Shown: one piece after another, positions 17,936-25,696 of the stretch
Layout of the letters: the number at the start of each line of letters is the position of its first letter
How positions within the stretch are numbered: position 1 is the stretch's first letter
Assembly: GCA_964612735.1 (NCBI GenBank)
Contig: CAZTEB010000005.1
Location: forward strand, 4,080 to 34,225
Direction: 5' to 3'
DNA: 30,146 nucleotides
Source of the DNA: an uncultured Pseudomonadales bacterium
GTDB taxonomy: Bacteria; Patescibacteriota; Microgenomatia; UBA1400; PJMF01
Made by a program: the position numbers and the translations under genes
The notes under the pieces: model-generated
Database searches by the model: none
The model's input: only the letters and a program-made list of their open reading frames with translations
What the model was told of the DNA's origin: nothing

Positions 17936-18508
17936 CTAGTTACTAGTATTAAGCCGAAGTTCTTCAGGCAAGAATTGATCAATTTCTTCATCTGACCAAG
18001 TAAATTCTTCACCGCTAATACTTCCTCTTTTATTAAGCCTCCTCTGAGCCTCTTGGTATTCACTGGGCCCTGTTTGTGGAGATAAATCACTTATTACTTG
18101 GTACTCCCGTTGTAATGAGTCTCTCTTTTCGATAATAGCTTTTTTGGGAATAGCTTGGTTCATTATGTCTGTTATCAATGATCTATATTTGTCTCTTAAA
18201 CCCATATATTTTAGTGCAGAGTTTTTATGCAGCACCATTTTATCCTCATAGCTAAAAGAAAGTTGTATGATTAAGAAGATAATCTCTGCCACACTTAGCC
18301 CCGCTCCTAAGTATGATAACCAAATTTTGTCTGGTTGAGCTGTTTGCACTAAAAGTAAAACTAAAACAACTGAAACTAGTGCTATGTTAACAATTTTAAC
18401 GTAGTATGAATTTTGTGTTTGCTTTTCAGATGCTACTTCATGAACTTTGTGAGTGAATACTGTGTTCGCAAATGTCTGCCTAACTATGGCTAAATTTTGT
18501 AAATCCAT
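17936..18508 (-). CDS. SLATT (SMODS/SLOG-associating 2TM) effector, SLATT_4-like
   Basis: VRQTFANTVFTHKVHE, two TM helices, HKNSALKYMGLRDKY, SPQT, FTWSDEEIDQFLPEELR; ATG 18508 with AAGG upstream, 4 nt after the CD-NTase stop. Confidence 0.85.
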   Translation of the reverse strand: MDLQNLAIVRQTFANTVFTHKVHEVASEKQTQNSYYVKIVNIALVSVVLVLLLVQTAQPDKIWLSYLGAGLSVAEIIFLIIQLSFSYEDKMVLHKNSALKYMGLRDKYRSLITDIMNQAIPKKAIIEKRDSLQREYQVISDLSPQTGPSEYQEAQRRLNKRGSISGEEFTWSDEEIDQFLPEELRLNTSN

Positions 18509-18512
18509 ATCG

Positions 18513-19391
18513 TTAACCTTTAAATTTTGAACCATATATTTCCTGCCACTTACTGTTAGCTGAATATGGCCTGTCTTTTTCTTCATATTCTATAGCCTCA
18601 AGTGAAATGTTGTAACACCTTAATGCTTTATAATCGAAGCTTCCTTTTCTCCAAACGTACTGACTGCTTCCTGGTGCTAACCAATAATTCTGATCTTCAT
18701 TTTGATTTTTAAGAAACTTAAAAAAATCTCTTGTCATGTAATCATAGTAAACATATGATTTATCGTTGTTTTCCCAGTCTAATAAAAAATTATGTGCCAA
18801 AGTATCGATCAGTAAGCCACCAATAGGTACGTTCCATTTATCTTTCCAGCATCTCACCATCCTACATAAATTTTTTAAATTACCACTGTATTTATTATTT
18901 GCTTCTCTAATAGCTTCGATTTCTGGTTTGGGGTCTGTTTTTTTCCAGCTACCTCCATCATGTGTATCGGGATAAGCATACCTGCCGCTTTGATAGAGAA
19001 AACCAGGCACTATTTCAAAACTAACCCCATCTTCAAAGTTAATTTGAACAACTTGTCCATCTCCTTTAATGTGGCTTGTAGAGTAAGTTTTTTTTAGTGA
19101 ATCTCTGACAGCTTGTAAAAGAGCTGATTGTCCATTTCCCAAATGATTGTCGTACTTTTCATATTCTCCCCAGGGCAACTGCATAAGTATGTCGATGTCG
19201 CTGATGTGAATATCGGTATCTCTACCATATGAGCCCACGTAAAGGCTATGACTTGTTTTAGAATCACTATTCCAAAAATCAATATTAAGCTGTTTTGTAA
19301 TTCTGCCGTACCTATAAGAAATATCTTTAACTACTTCCGAATCAATCCTTATGTCATTACAGAATTGTTTAAATTTTGTTGATACACTCAT
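18513..19391 (-). CDS. SMODS/cGAS-DncV-like nucleotidyltransferase (CD-NTase), CBASS cyclase
   Basis: YVGSYGRDTDIHISDIDILMQLP (GS...DxD), GDGQVVQINF, FEIVPGF, YPDT...WKKTDP, LCRMVRCWK, GLLIDTL. Confidence 0.92.
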   Translation of the reverse strand: MSVSTKFKQFCNDIRIDSEVVKDISYRYGRITKQLNIDFWNSDSKTSHSLYVGSYGRDTDIHISDIDILMQLPWGEYEKYDNHLGNGQSALLQAVRDSLKKTYSTSHIKGDGQVVQINFEDGVSFEIVPGFLYQSGRYAYPDTHDGGSWKKTDPKPEIEAIREANNKYSGNLKNLCRMVRCWKDKWNVPIGGLLIDTLAHNFLLDWENNDKSYVYYDYMTRDFFKFLKNQNEDQNYWLAPGSSQYVWRKGSFDYKALRCYNISLEAIEYEEKDRPYSANSKWQEIYGSKFKG

Positions 19392-19428
19392 ACCACTCCT
19401 GAATCATAAAGTCACACAATATAGGGTT

Positions 19429-19962
19429 TTAACTCCCTGACTTTTTTATTTGCTTCAAATACTTAATATTTTCATCCACAAGGTAAACAGTGTGGTATTT
19501 AGCTCCTGCTTTTGTTTTCAAATCTCTTGCCTTAAGTTTACCTTTTCTAACTAATTTTCGTGCTGTTGATGGGTGTAAACCATACTCATCCTTTAACTTC
19601 CAGCTAGAGATAGTATTTTTCCAGTGACAAGCAGATGCTGGTATTACTCCCTGTTCGATATTCCATTGGCAGTCCATACACCTCTGCCCATTTTCATCCC
19701 ACCATGTCTCTGTGCCTGAAATACTCTTGTGACAAATTAGGCAGTTGTAGACACCCTCATGTTCACCGAGGTGAAAGCCTTTGGGGTGATCTTTGAGTTT
19801 CTTTTTTCTCCGAAAATCAATCTGAGCCTGTTCCATTAAAAGTTTGACTAAGCCCACTAAGTTTTCTCCTTGCTCACGCGCTTCTGCATCCGTGAGGACC
19901 TTGCCGTATTCTTTTTTGGCTATTTCTTTGAACTCTTGTATTGCTTCATCTGGTAGAGACAT
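19429..19962 (-). CDS. Hypothetical protein: helical N-terminus, CxxC...CxxC Zn finger, C-terminal excisionase/MerR-like HTH
   Basis: CLIC-17 aa-CMDC; LKDEYGLHPSTARKLVRKGKLKA; ATG overlaps the DUF2188 stop (TAATG). Confidence 0.65.
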   Translation of the reverse strand: MSLPDEAIQEFKEIAKKEYGKVLTDAEAREQGENLVGLVKLLMEQAQIDFRRKKKLKDHPKGFHLGEHEGVYNCLICHKSISGTETWWDENGQRCMDCQWNIEQGVIPASACHWKNTISSWKLKDEYGLHPSTARKLVRKGKLKARDLKTKAGAKYHTVYLVDENIKYLKQIKKSGS

Positions 19963-20201
19963 TAGTGCTTCCTATCTCTTGGTGGGTAGGGATCGTTACC
20001 TGGTTTAACAGTGTCGCTGTCTCGTATTGCACCATCTCTACCGTGGATTCTGACTTCACCACCGCCGGAATTACCTGAGTAAGTTTTTGCTTGCAGTTCA
20101 GCCTCCCTTTGAGTTGAGTGAATGCTACTAGCTTTGTTTGCACCTGCTCTACGAGCGTTCCAAGTGCCATCTTTATTTGGGGTTACGTGGTAGTTTGCCA
20201 T
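19962..20201 (-). CDS. DUF2188 family protein
   Basis: YHVTPNKDGTW, TQREA, EVRIHGRDGAIRDSDT, DPYPPR; AAAGGA RBS before ATG 20201. Confidence 0.85.
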   Translation of the reverse strand: MANYHVTPNKDGTWNARRAGANKASSIHSTQREAELQAKTYSGNSGGGEVRIHGRDGAIRDSDTVKPGNDPYPPRDRKH

Positions 20202-20219
20202 GATGTTCCTTTTGTAATG

Positions 20220-20272
20220 TTTGCTAACTGTAAAGTAGCTTAACATATAATTTAGACTTTGCAAATAGTAAA
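20220..20272. promoter_or_regulatory. Two candidate repressor operators in the divergent promoter region
   Basis: TTTGCTAACTGTAAA (20220-20234) and TTTGCAAATAGTAAA (20258-20272): 12/15 identical, each a near-palindrome TTTGC-N5-GTAAA; TATAAT lies between them at 20246-20251. Confidence 0.6.
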
Positions 20273-20277
20273 CTCAT

Positions 20278-20634
20278 ATGACACAATATAAACATATGAG
20301 CAATGATACAACTTACTCTAGTATTAGCCAATTTATCAAAGATAAGCGTGAGCAAATTGGTATGACTCAAGACGAATTGGCTACAAAGGTTGGAGTTAAA
20401 GCTGCAACAATAAGTCTCTATGAATCAGGCGACAGGAATCCTGATTTAGATAGACTAAAAAAAATTGCTGAAGCATTTGAGATTCCAGTTGCTACACTAC
20501 TAGACATTGAGGTTCCGAAAGAAAATTTGGACATAGCTTTAAGATCTGAGAAACTTAATGCGAAGCAGATTGATGACGTGAAAAGGTACATTCAGCTATT
20601 GAAATATGAACGGCAAACACAAAAGGGTAACTAG
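20278..20634 (+). CDS. XRE/HTH_3 transcriptional repressor (ImmR/CapH-like)
   Basis: IKDKREQIGMTQDELATKVGVKAATISLYESGDRNPDLDRLKKIAEAF. Confidence 0.9.
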   Translation: MTQYKHMSNDTTYSSISQFIKDKREQIGMTQDELATKVGVKAATISLYESGDRNPDLDRLKKIAEAFEIPVATLLDIEVPKENLDIALRSEKLNAKQIDDVKRYIQLLKYERQTQKGN

Positions 20635-21100
20635 AAACCAAATTAGAGCTAAGGTCACAAGGTTGCTTGATGAATGTGGCTTATCATCTCCACCTGTTAA
20701 AATTTCTCACATCATCAAACATTTAGATATCTTTGTTGATAAGGGCTTAACAGATTTTTTGGAGTCAAACAAGATTTCTGCTTTTATCGACCTTGAAGAC
20801 AAAATCATTGAATACAATGATCGGCACCCAACTGTAAGAAAGAGATTCTCAATAGCTCACGAAGTTGGCCATCTTGTTTTAGGTCATTCAGTAAAAAGTG
20901 ACATTTTTAGTTATAGCTCAAGAGATCCTGTGGAAGTTGAAGCTAATATTTTTGCAGCTGAGTTGCTAATGCCTTTTAAGTGGCTGAAGGAAGATTTGAA
21001 AGGTTATGGTGTCAAAATTGATGAACTTGCTTATAAATATTGGGTCAGCAAGGAAGCAATGGGTTGGAGAATTTCGAATAGTGATTCTTTATTAGGTTAA
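20606..21100 (+). CDS. ImmA/IrrE family Zn metallopeptidase (CapP/ImmA-like antirepressor)
   Basis: RKRFSIAHEVGHLVLGH (HExxH), EVEANIFAAELLMP. Confidence 0.9.
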   Translation: MNGKHKRVTRNQIRAKVTRLLDECGLSSPPVKISHIIKHLDIFVDKGLTDFLESNKISAFIDLEDKIIEYNDRHPTVRKRFSIAHEVGHLVLGHSVKSDIFSYSSRDPVEVEANIFAAELLMPFKWLKEDLKGYGVKIDELAYKYWVSKEAMGWRISNSDSLLG

Positions 21101-21132
21101 AAGCATTACAAATATCTGATTTGTGATTGATA

Positions 21133-21175
21133 TTGACAAACCCACAATACATATTCTAATATACGAATATGTATT
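21133..21175 (+). promoter_or_regulatory. Promoter and palindromic operator of the copper operon
   Basis: TTGACA(21133)-18 nt-TAATAT(21157), ATG 6 nt later; perfect inverted repeat AATACATATTC-N8-GAATATGTATT at 21146-21175. Confidence 0.75.
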
Positions 21176-21648
21176 CACAGATATTCAAACTACATGCTGA
21201 CCTACTAAAGTCACTTGCACATCCTCGCCGATTAGAGATTATCCACTTACTTCGTAGTCAAGAATTACCTGTTTCTGATATTCATACTATGCTTGATTTG
21301 CCTCAAGCAAATATCAGCCAACATTTGATGGTTCTGCGAGATGCAGGAGTTGTTGTTACTCGCCGTGATGGTAAACAAGTTTTTTATAAGTTGAGCGATA
21401 AGAACATTATCAAAGCCTCCGACTTGCTTCGTAAAGTATTGATTGAGCAACACAAAGATACAGAATTAGCTGATGAGTTCACTCTCAAAATGCAGGAGTT
21501 AGTGCCGTTAGTTCAAGATCCTGTATGTCATATGAGAGTTTCGCCCAAAACCGCTGGCTTCCACCTAGTACATAAAAGACAAGACTACTACTTCTGTGCC
21601 AGTGGATGCTTAACAAAATTCAAAAAGGAGCCTGCCAAGTATGTCTAA
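21169..21648 (+). CDS. ArsR/SmtB regulator fused to a C-terminal YHS/TRASH domain
   Basis: LAHPRRLEII, QANISQHLMVLRDAG, RRDGKQVFY; DPVCHM...YYFCASGCLTKF. Confidence 0.88.
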   Translation: MYSQIFKLHADLLKSLAHPRRLEIIHLLRSQELPVSDIHTMLDLPQANISQHLMVLRDAGVVVTRRDGKQVFYKLSDKNIIKASDLLRKVLIEQHKDTELADEFTLKMQELVPLVQDPVCHMRVSPKTAGFHLVHKRQDYYFCASGCLTKFKKEPAKYV

Positions 21649-23863
21649 AAGCCAATCAATTTCATTTCACGTCTCAGGCATGCACTGTGCTAGCTGTGCC
21701 AGCAATATCCAGCGTAAGCTTAGAAAAACCGATGGCATTGCAGAAGCAACAGTCAACTATGCCAATGAGCAAGCGACTGTTAATTTTGATGAGTCAAAGG
21801 TAAAGAAAAATGATATTGCTAAAGCTGTGTCTGATGTTGGATATATGGCTCACATTGATGTTGATGCCGATGCTGATATCGCTGAAAAAAATAGAACCGC
21901 TGAAATTGCTGACCTGAAACAAAAGTTAGTTGTAAGTGGAATCTTGTCAGGTATATTGATGGCGAGCATGATTCCTGGGCTACCAATGTGGCTTCATAAT
22001 CCTTGGCTACTTTGGCTTCTTGCCACTCCTGTTCAGTTTTGGGCTGGAAAACGTTTTTATCAAGGTGCTTGGTCAGGATTAAAAAATTTCTCAGCAAATA
22101 TGGATACCCTAGTAGCTATGGGAACTTCTGCTGCCTATTTTTTCTCAGCTTTTGTTGTTCTCTTTCAAGACTTGCTGACCAGCCAAGGAGTCGCAACGCA
22201 TGTGTATTTTGAGGCATCAGCAGCAATTATTACCTTCATTTTATTAGGAAAGTTTTTAGAAATTCGTGCTAAGGCAAAAACGTCATCTGCTATCAAGGAA
22301 CTGCTTGGGTTACAGGCTACATCTGCTCGGGTGAAAAAAGATGGACAGTGGGTTGAGGTTCCTTTGGAAGAGGTGAAAGTCGGCGATGTCCTCTTGGTTA
22401 AACCTGGTGAAAAAGTTCCTGTCGATGGGAAAGTAATTGAAGGTGAGTCGTCTATAGATGAGTCTATGGTCACTGGTGAAAGCTTGCCAATAACTAAAGA
22501 AAATGGTGACAGTGTCATCGGTTCTACTATTAACCAGTCAGGCTCAATTCAAGTTGAAGCTACCAAAGTGGGTAGTGATACTATGCTTGCCACTATCATC
22601 AAACTTGTTCAACAAGCCCAAGGTTCAAGACCTCCAATCCAAGCATTAGTAGATACTATTGCTTCTTATTTCGTTCCTGCAGTGATTATGCTCTCACTTA
22701 TTACCTTTGCTACTTGGTGGTTTTTTGGACCAGAACCAAAATTACTGACGTCTTTGGTTAGCATGATAAATGTATTGATTATTGCATGCCCCTGTGCTCT
22801 AGGATTAGCTACGCCAACCTCACTTATGGTTGGTATTGGTAGAGGTGCTCAGTCAGGCATCTTGATTAAAGATGCTCAGGCACTAGAAATTGCTGGAAAA
22901 GTCAAAGCGATTGCTTTCGATAAAACAGGTACGCTCACAAACGGGAAACCAGAAGTACAACAAAGTGAGTATGTAGATGGTTTTAGCAAAAAAGATGTTG
23001 ATGCTGCAGTCTTAGCTGTTGAGTCACTTTCACACCATCCTTTAGCTCAAGCGTTAGTTTCCTTTGTTTCTACAAATAAGCAAAAGGTAATGGGTGCAAC
23101 CCAATTTAAGGACCATGCTGGTAAAGGTGTTTCTGCTACTGTTGGTAAAGACACAGTATTAATTGGCACGCTCAGTTTTCTAAACTCACAGAAAATTGCT
23201 ATTGACCCATCTCTAGAATCCACAGCGTCTGGTTGGCAAAAACAGGCTCAGTCAGTTGCACATGTAGCAATAAACAGTACACACGCAGCTGTCTATGGTA
23301 TTGCAGATGGCGTTAAAGAGTCTTCAAAATCAGTTGTCTCTACCTTGCAAAAAATGAGTATCACCCCTGTCATGGTTACAGGAGATAATAAACAAACTGC
23401 TGAGGCTATTGCGAAGCAGCTAGGCATCAAAGAAGTTCGCTCAGAGGTGTTGCCTGCTGATAAAGAGCAGTTAATTCATGAGCTTAGAAAAAACCATGGT
23501 GTTGTGGCAATGGTTGGTGATGGCATTAATGATGCTCCAGCTCTAGCTGCAGCTGATGTCAGTATTGCCATGGGTGGAGGTACTGATGTAGCGATTGAGT
23601 CAGCGGGAGTAACTCTGCTGAGAAGTGACATAGGGTTAGTGCCTACCGCTCTAGATTTGTCTAAAAAGACTATGACTAATATCAAGCAAAATCTGTTTTG
23701 GGCATTTGCTTACAATGTAGTGCTTATTCCTGTTGCTATGGGTGTTTTATATCCGTTTATTGGCATCATTTTAAGTCCAATCATGGCTGGTGCTGCAATG
23801 GCTTTCTCCAGTGTCAGTGTTGTTACTAACGCTCTCAGATTAAGGTCAGCAAAATTATCATAA
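21641..23863 (+). CDS. copA: Cu(I)-translocating P1B-1 ATPase
   Basis: GMHCASC, TGES, CPCALGLATP, DKTGT, SHHP, GDGINDAP, YN, MAFSS. Confidence 0.95.
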   Translation: MSKSQSISFHVSGMHCASCASNIQRKLRKTDGIAEATVNYANEQATVNFDESKVKKNDIAKAVSDVGYMAHIDVDADADIAEKNRTAEIADLKQKLVVSGILSGILMASMIPGLPMWLHNPWLLWLLATPVQFWAGKRFYQGAWSGLKNFSANMDTLVAMGTSAAYFFSAFVVLFQDLLTSQGVATHVYFEASAAIITFILLGKFLEIRAKAKTSSAIKELLGLQATSARVKKDGQWVEVPLEEVKVGDVLLVKPGEKVPVDGKVIEGESSIDESMVTGESLPITKENGDSVIGSTINQSGSIQVEATKVGSDTMLATIIKLVQQAQGSRPPIQALVDTIASYFVPAVIMLSLITFATWWFFGPEPKLLTSLVSMINVLIIACPCALGLATPTSLMVGIGRGAQSGILIKDAQALEIAGKVKAIAFDKTGTLTNGKPEVQQSEYVDGFSKKDVDAAVLAVESLSHHPLAQALVSFVSTNKQKVMGATQFKDHAGKGVSATVGKDTVLIGTLSFLNSQKIAIDPSLESTASGWQKQAQSVAHVAINSTHAAVYGIADGVKESSKSVVSTLQKMSITPVMVTGDNKQTAEAIAKQLGIKEVRSEVLPADKEQLIHELRKNHGVVAMVGDGINDAPALAAADVSIAMGGGTDVAIESAGVTLLRSDIGLVPTALDLSKKTMTNIKQNLFWAFAYNVVLIPVAMGVLYPFIGIILSPIMAGAAMAFSSVSVVTNALRLRSAKLS

Positions 23864-23875
23864 GGAATACATACT

Positions 23876-24991
23876 ATGAATCTTTTTGTCATTTTTCTCA
23901 CGGGTTTAACTACAGGCGGTTTATCCTGTCTTGCAATGCAGGGAGGGCTACTTGCTAGTGTGATAGCAAACCAAAAAGACCAGGAACATGATGAGGTTAT
24001 AGGTGATAAAGAAGCTAAAAAGAAAAAAAGAAAGCAGAAATACCTACAGTCACTACAAAAAAACAAATTTAGCTTAGATTCATTTGATCAGCTTGATTGG
24101 TTGCCTGTGACTATGTTCTTGGTTGCTAAGTTGGTTTCGCATATAATGCTCGGCTTTTTGCTTGGTTTACTAGGTTCTGCAATAACACTCAGTTTAGGAG
24201 TTAGACTAGCATTCCAAACATTTACTGCTCTATTTATGTTTGCAACGGCCATGAACCTTTTAGACGTGCACCCAATCTTTAGATTTGTCGTGTTTCAACC
24301 ACCTAAGTTCATTCAAAGAATGGTTAGAAATTCAAGCAAGAGTAAGGCTCTATTTGCTCCAGCAGTTCTTGGTTTTATGACTATTTTCATTCCCTGTGGA
24401 GTTACACAAGCTATGGAAGTATTAGCTATAAACTCAGGCAATCCTGTTTATGGGGCTTTAATTATGTTTTCCTTTGTACTAGGAACTACTCCATTGTTTG
24501 CTGCACTAGGTGTGGCTACAGCCAAACTGAGTGAAGGCTGGTATAGCAAATTTACTAAGTTTGCAGCCTATGCTTTGGTGGCAATGGCAATCTATAGCTT
24601 TAATGGCGTGCTAATTGTGATGAATGCACCAATTACAGTCAACAAGCTAGTAAGTCCAATTACCTATTTCTTTTCAGATGAGCGTTTTGAGAGGTCATCT
24701 GCATCTTCTGCAACGGTAGTAAACGGCATGCAACAAGTTGCTATTGGTGTTTTTAATCAAGGATACTCGCCGAACTATGTACAAGTACAAGCTGGTGTAC
24801 CCGTTCAGCTAACACTGCAGAGTAACGAAACATACTCATGTGCATTGGCATTTGTCATGAGAGAGTTTGGGATTAACACTTTCTTAGAAGCAACTGATAC
24901 CCAAACCTTTACATTTACTCCAACAAAACCAGGTAAATACACCTACACCTGTTCTATGGGTATGTATACAGGAGTGATGGAAGTTATTTAG
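23876..24991 (+). CDS. DsbD_2/TauE-like membrane protein with C-terminal cupredoxin-like domain
   Basis: GGLSCLAMQGG, FIPCGVTQA, FVLGTTP; C-terminal GYSPN...SCA...YTCSMGMY. Confidence 0.8.
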   Translation: MNLFVIFLTGLTTGGLSCLAMQGGLLASVIANQKDQEHDEVIGDKEAKKKKRKQKYLQSLQKNKFSLDSFDQLDWLPVTMFLVAKLVSHIMLGFLLGLLGSAITLSLGVRLAFQTFTALFMFATAMNLLDVHPIFRFVVFQPPKFIQRMVRNSSKSKALFAPAVLGFMTIFIPCGVTQAMEVLAINSGNPVYGALIMFSFVLGTTPLFAALGVATAKLSEGWYSKFTKFAAYALVAMAIYSFNGVLIVMNAPITVNKLVSPITYFFSDERFERSSASSATVVNGMQQVAIGVFNQGYSPNYVQVQAGVPVQLTLQSNETYSCALAFVMREFGINTFLEATDTQTFTFTPTKPGKYTYTCSMGMYTGVMEVI

Positions 24992-25004
24992 AAAGGAACA
25001 ATCT

Positions 25005-25250
25005 ATGCTCAACGTTTTCAAACAGAAACCAAAAGGAGAAACAGCCATATTCAAAATTGATGGTATGCACTGTACGAGCTGTAGTATGAATATTGACGGA
25101 GAGTTGGAGGATACCGAAGGCGTTATCTCTGCATCTACATCATATGCAAAAGCAGCAACGACAGTTGAGTTTGATGAGACTAAGGTTTCTAGAGAAAAAT
25201 TGAGGTCAATTATTGAAAATCTAGACTATACAGTAAAGGAGTTATCATGA
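25005..25250 (+). CDS. copZ: CopZ-like heavy-metal-associated chaperone
   Basis: IDGMHCTSC, GVISASTSY; AAAGGA RBS. Confidence 0.85.
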   Translation: MLNVFKQKPKGETAIFKIDGMHCTSCSMNIDGELEDTEGVISASTSYAKAATTVEFDETKVSREKLRSIIENLDYTVKELS

Positions 25251-25696
25251 AAAAATTGAGTTTAGTAGGTATCTTATTCGTATCAGCAGTTGTGCTTTCT
25301 GCGTGTACGGGGGCAAGTAATCAAGACCAACAGAATGGTAGTGAAGCACAGCCTACAACTCCACCTGTGACTGAGTCAGCAAACCAAGACTCAGCTAATT
25401 TAGTTGAATCAGCTCAAGAATATGACATTGTCATGGACAACCATTCTTTTTCTGAGACTAACCTCGTTGTGAAGGCTGGTGAGGAAGTTGTGATTAATTT
25501 AACTAATGAAGAAGGCTACCATGATCTTGTTATCGATGAGCTAGATGTTCACAGTGAACATCTTAAGGTAGGTGAAAATGAAGTCCTTACCTTTACTGTT
25601 AACCCAGAGCATATTGGCCAAACTTATGAATTTTACTGTAGTGTTGGCAGCCATCGCGAACAAGGCATGGTTGGGACAATCCAAATTATTGAATGA
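25247..25696 (+). CDS. Cupredoxin (type 1 Cu) lipoprotein
   Basis: Lipobox LSAC; GYHDL, FYCSVGSHREQGM (His, Cys, His, Met ligands); ATGA overlap. Confidence 0.85.
   Translation: MKKLSLVGILFVSAVVLSACTGASNQDQQNGSEAQPTTPPVTESANQDSANLVESAQEYDIVMDNHSFSETNLVVKAGEEVVINLTNEEGYHDLVIDELDVHSEHLKVGENEVLTFTVNPEHIGQTYEFYCSVGSHREQGMVGTIQIIE

Noticed and set aside
21109-21125. ACAAAT-N5-ATTTGT hairpin after immA as a terminator
   Set aside because: Weak AT-rich stem with no clear U tract
22003-24066. Several short ORFs overlapping copA and other long genes
   Set aside because: Shadow frames of well-supported genes with no motifs or start signals
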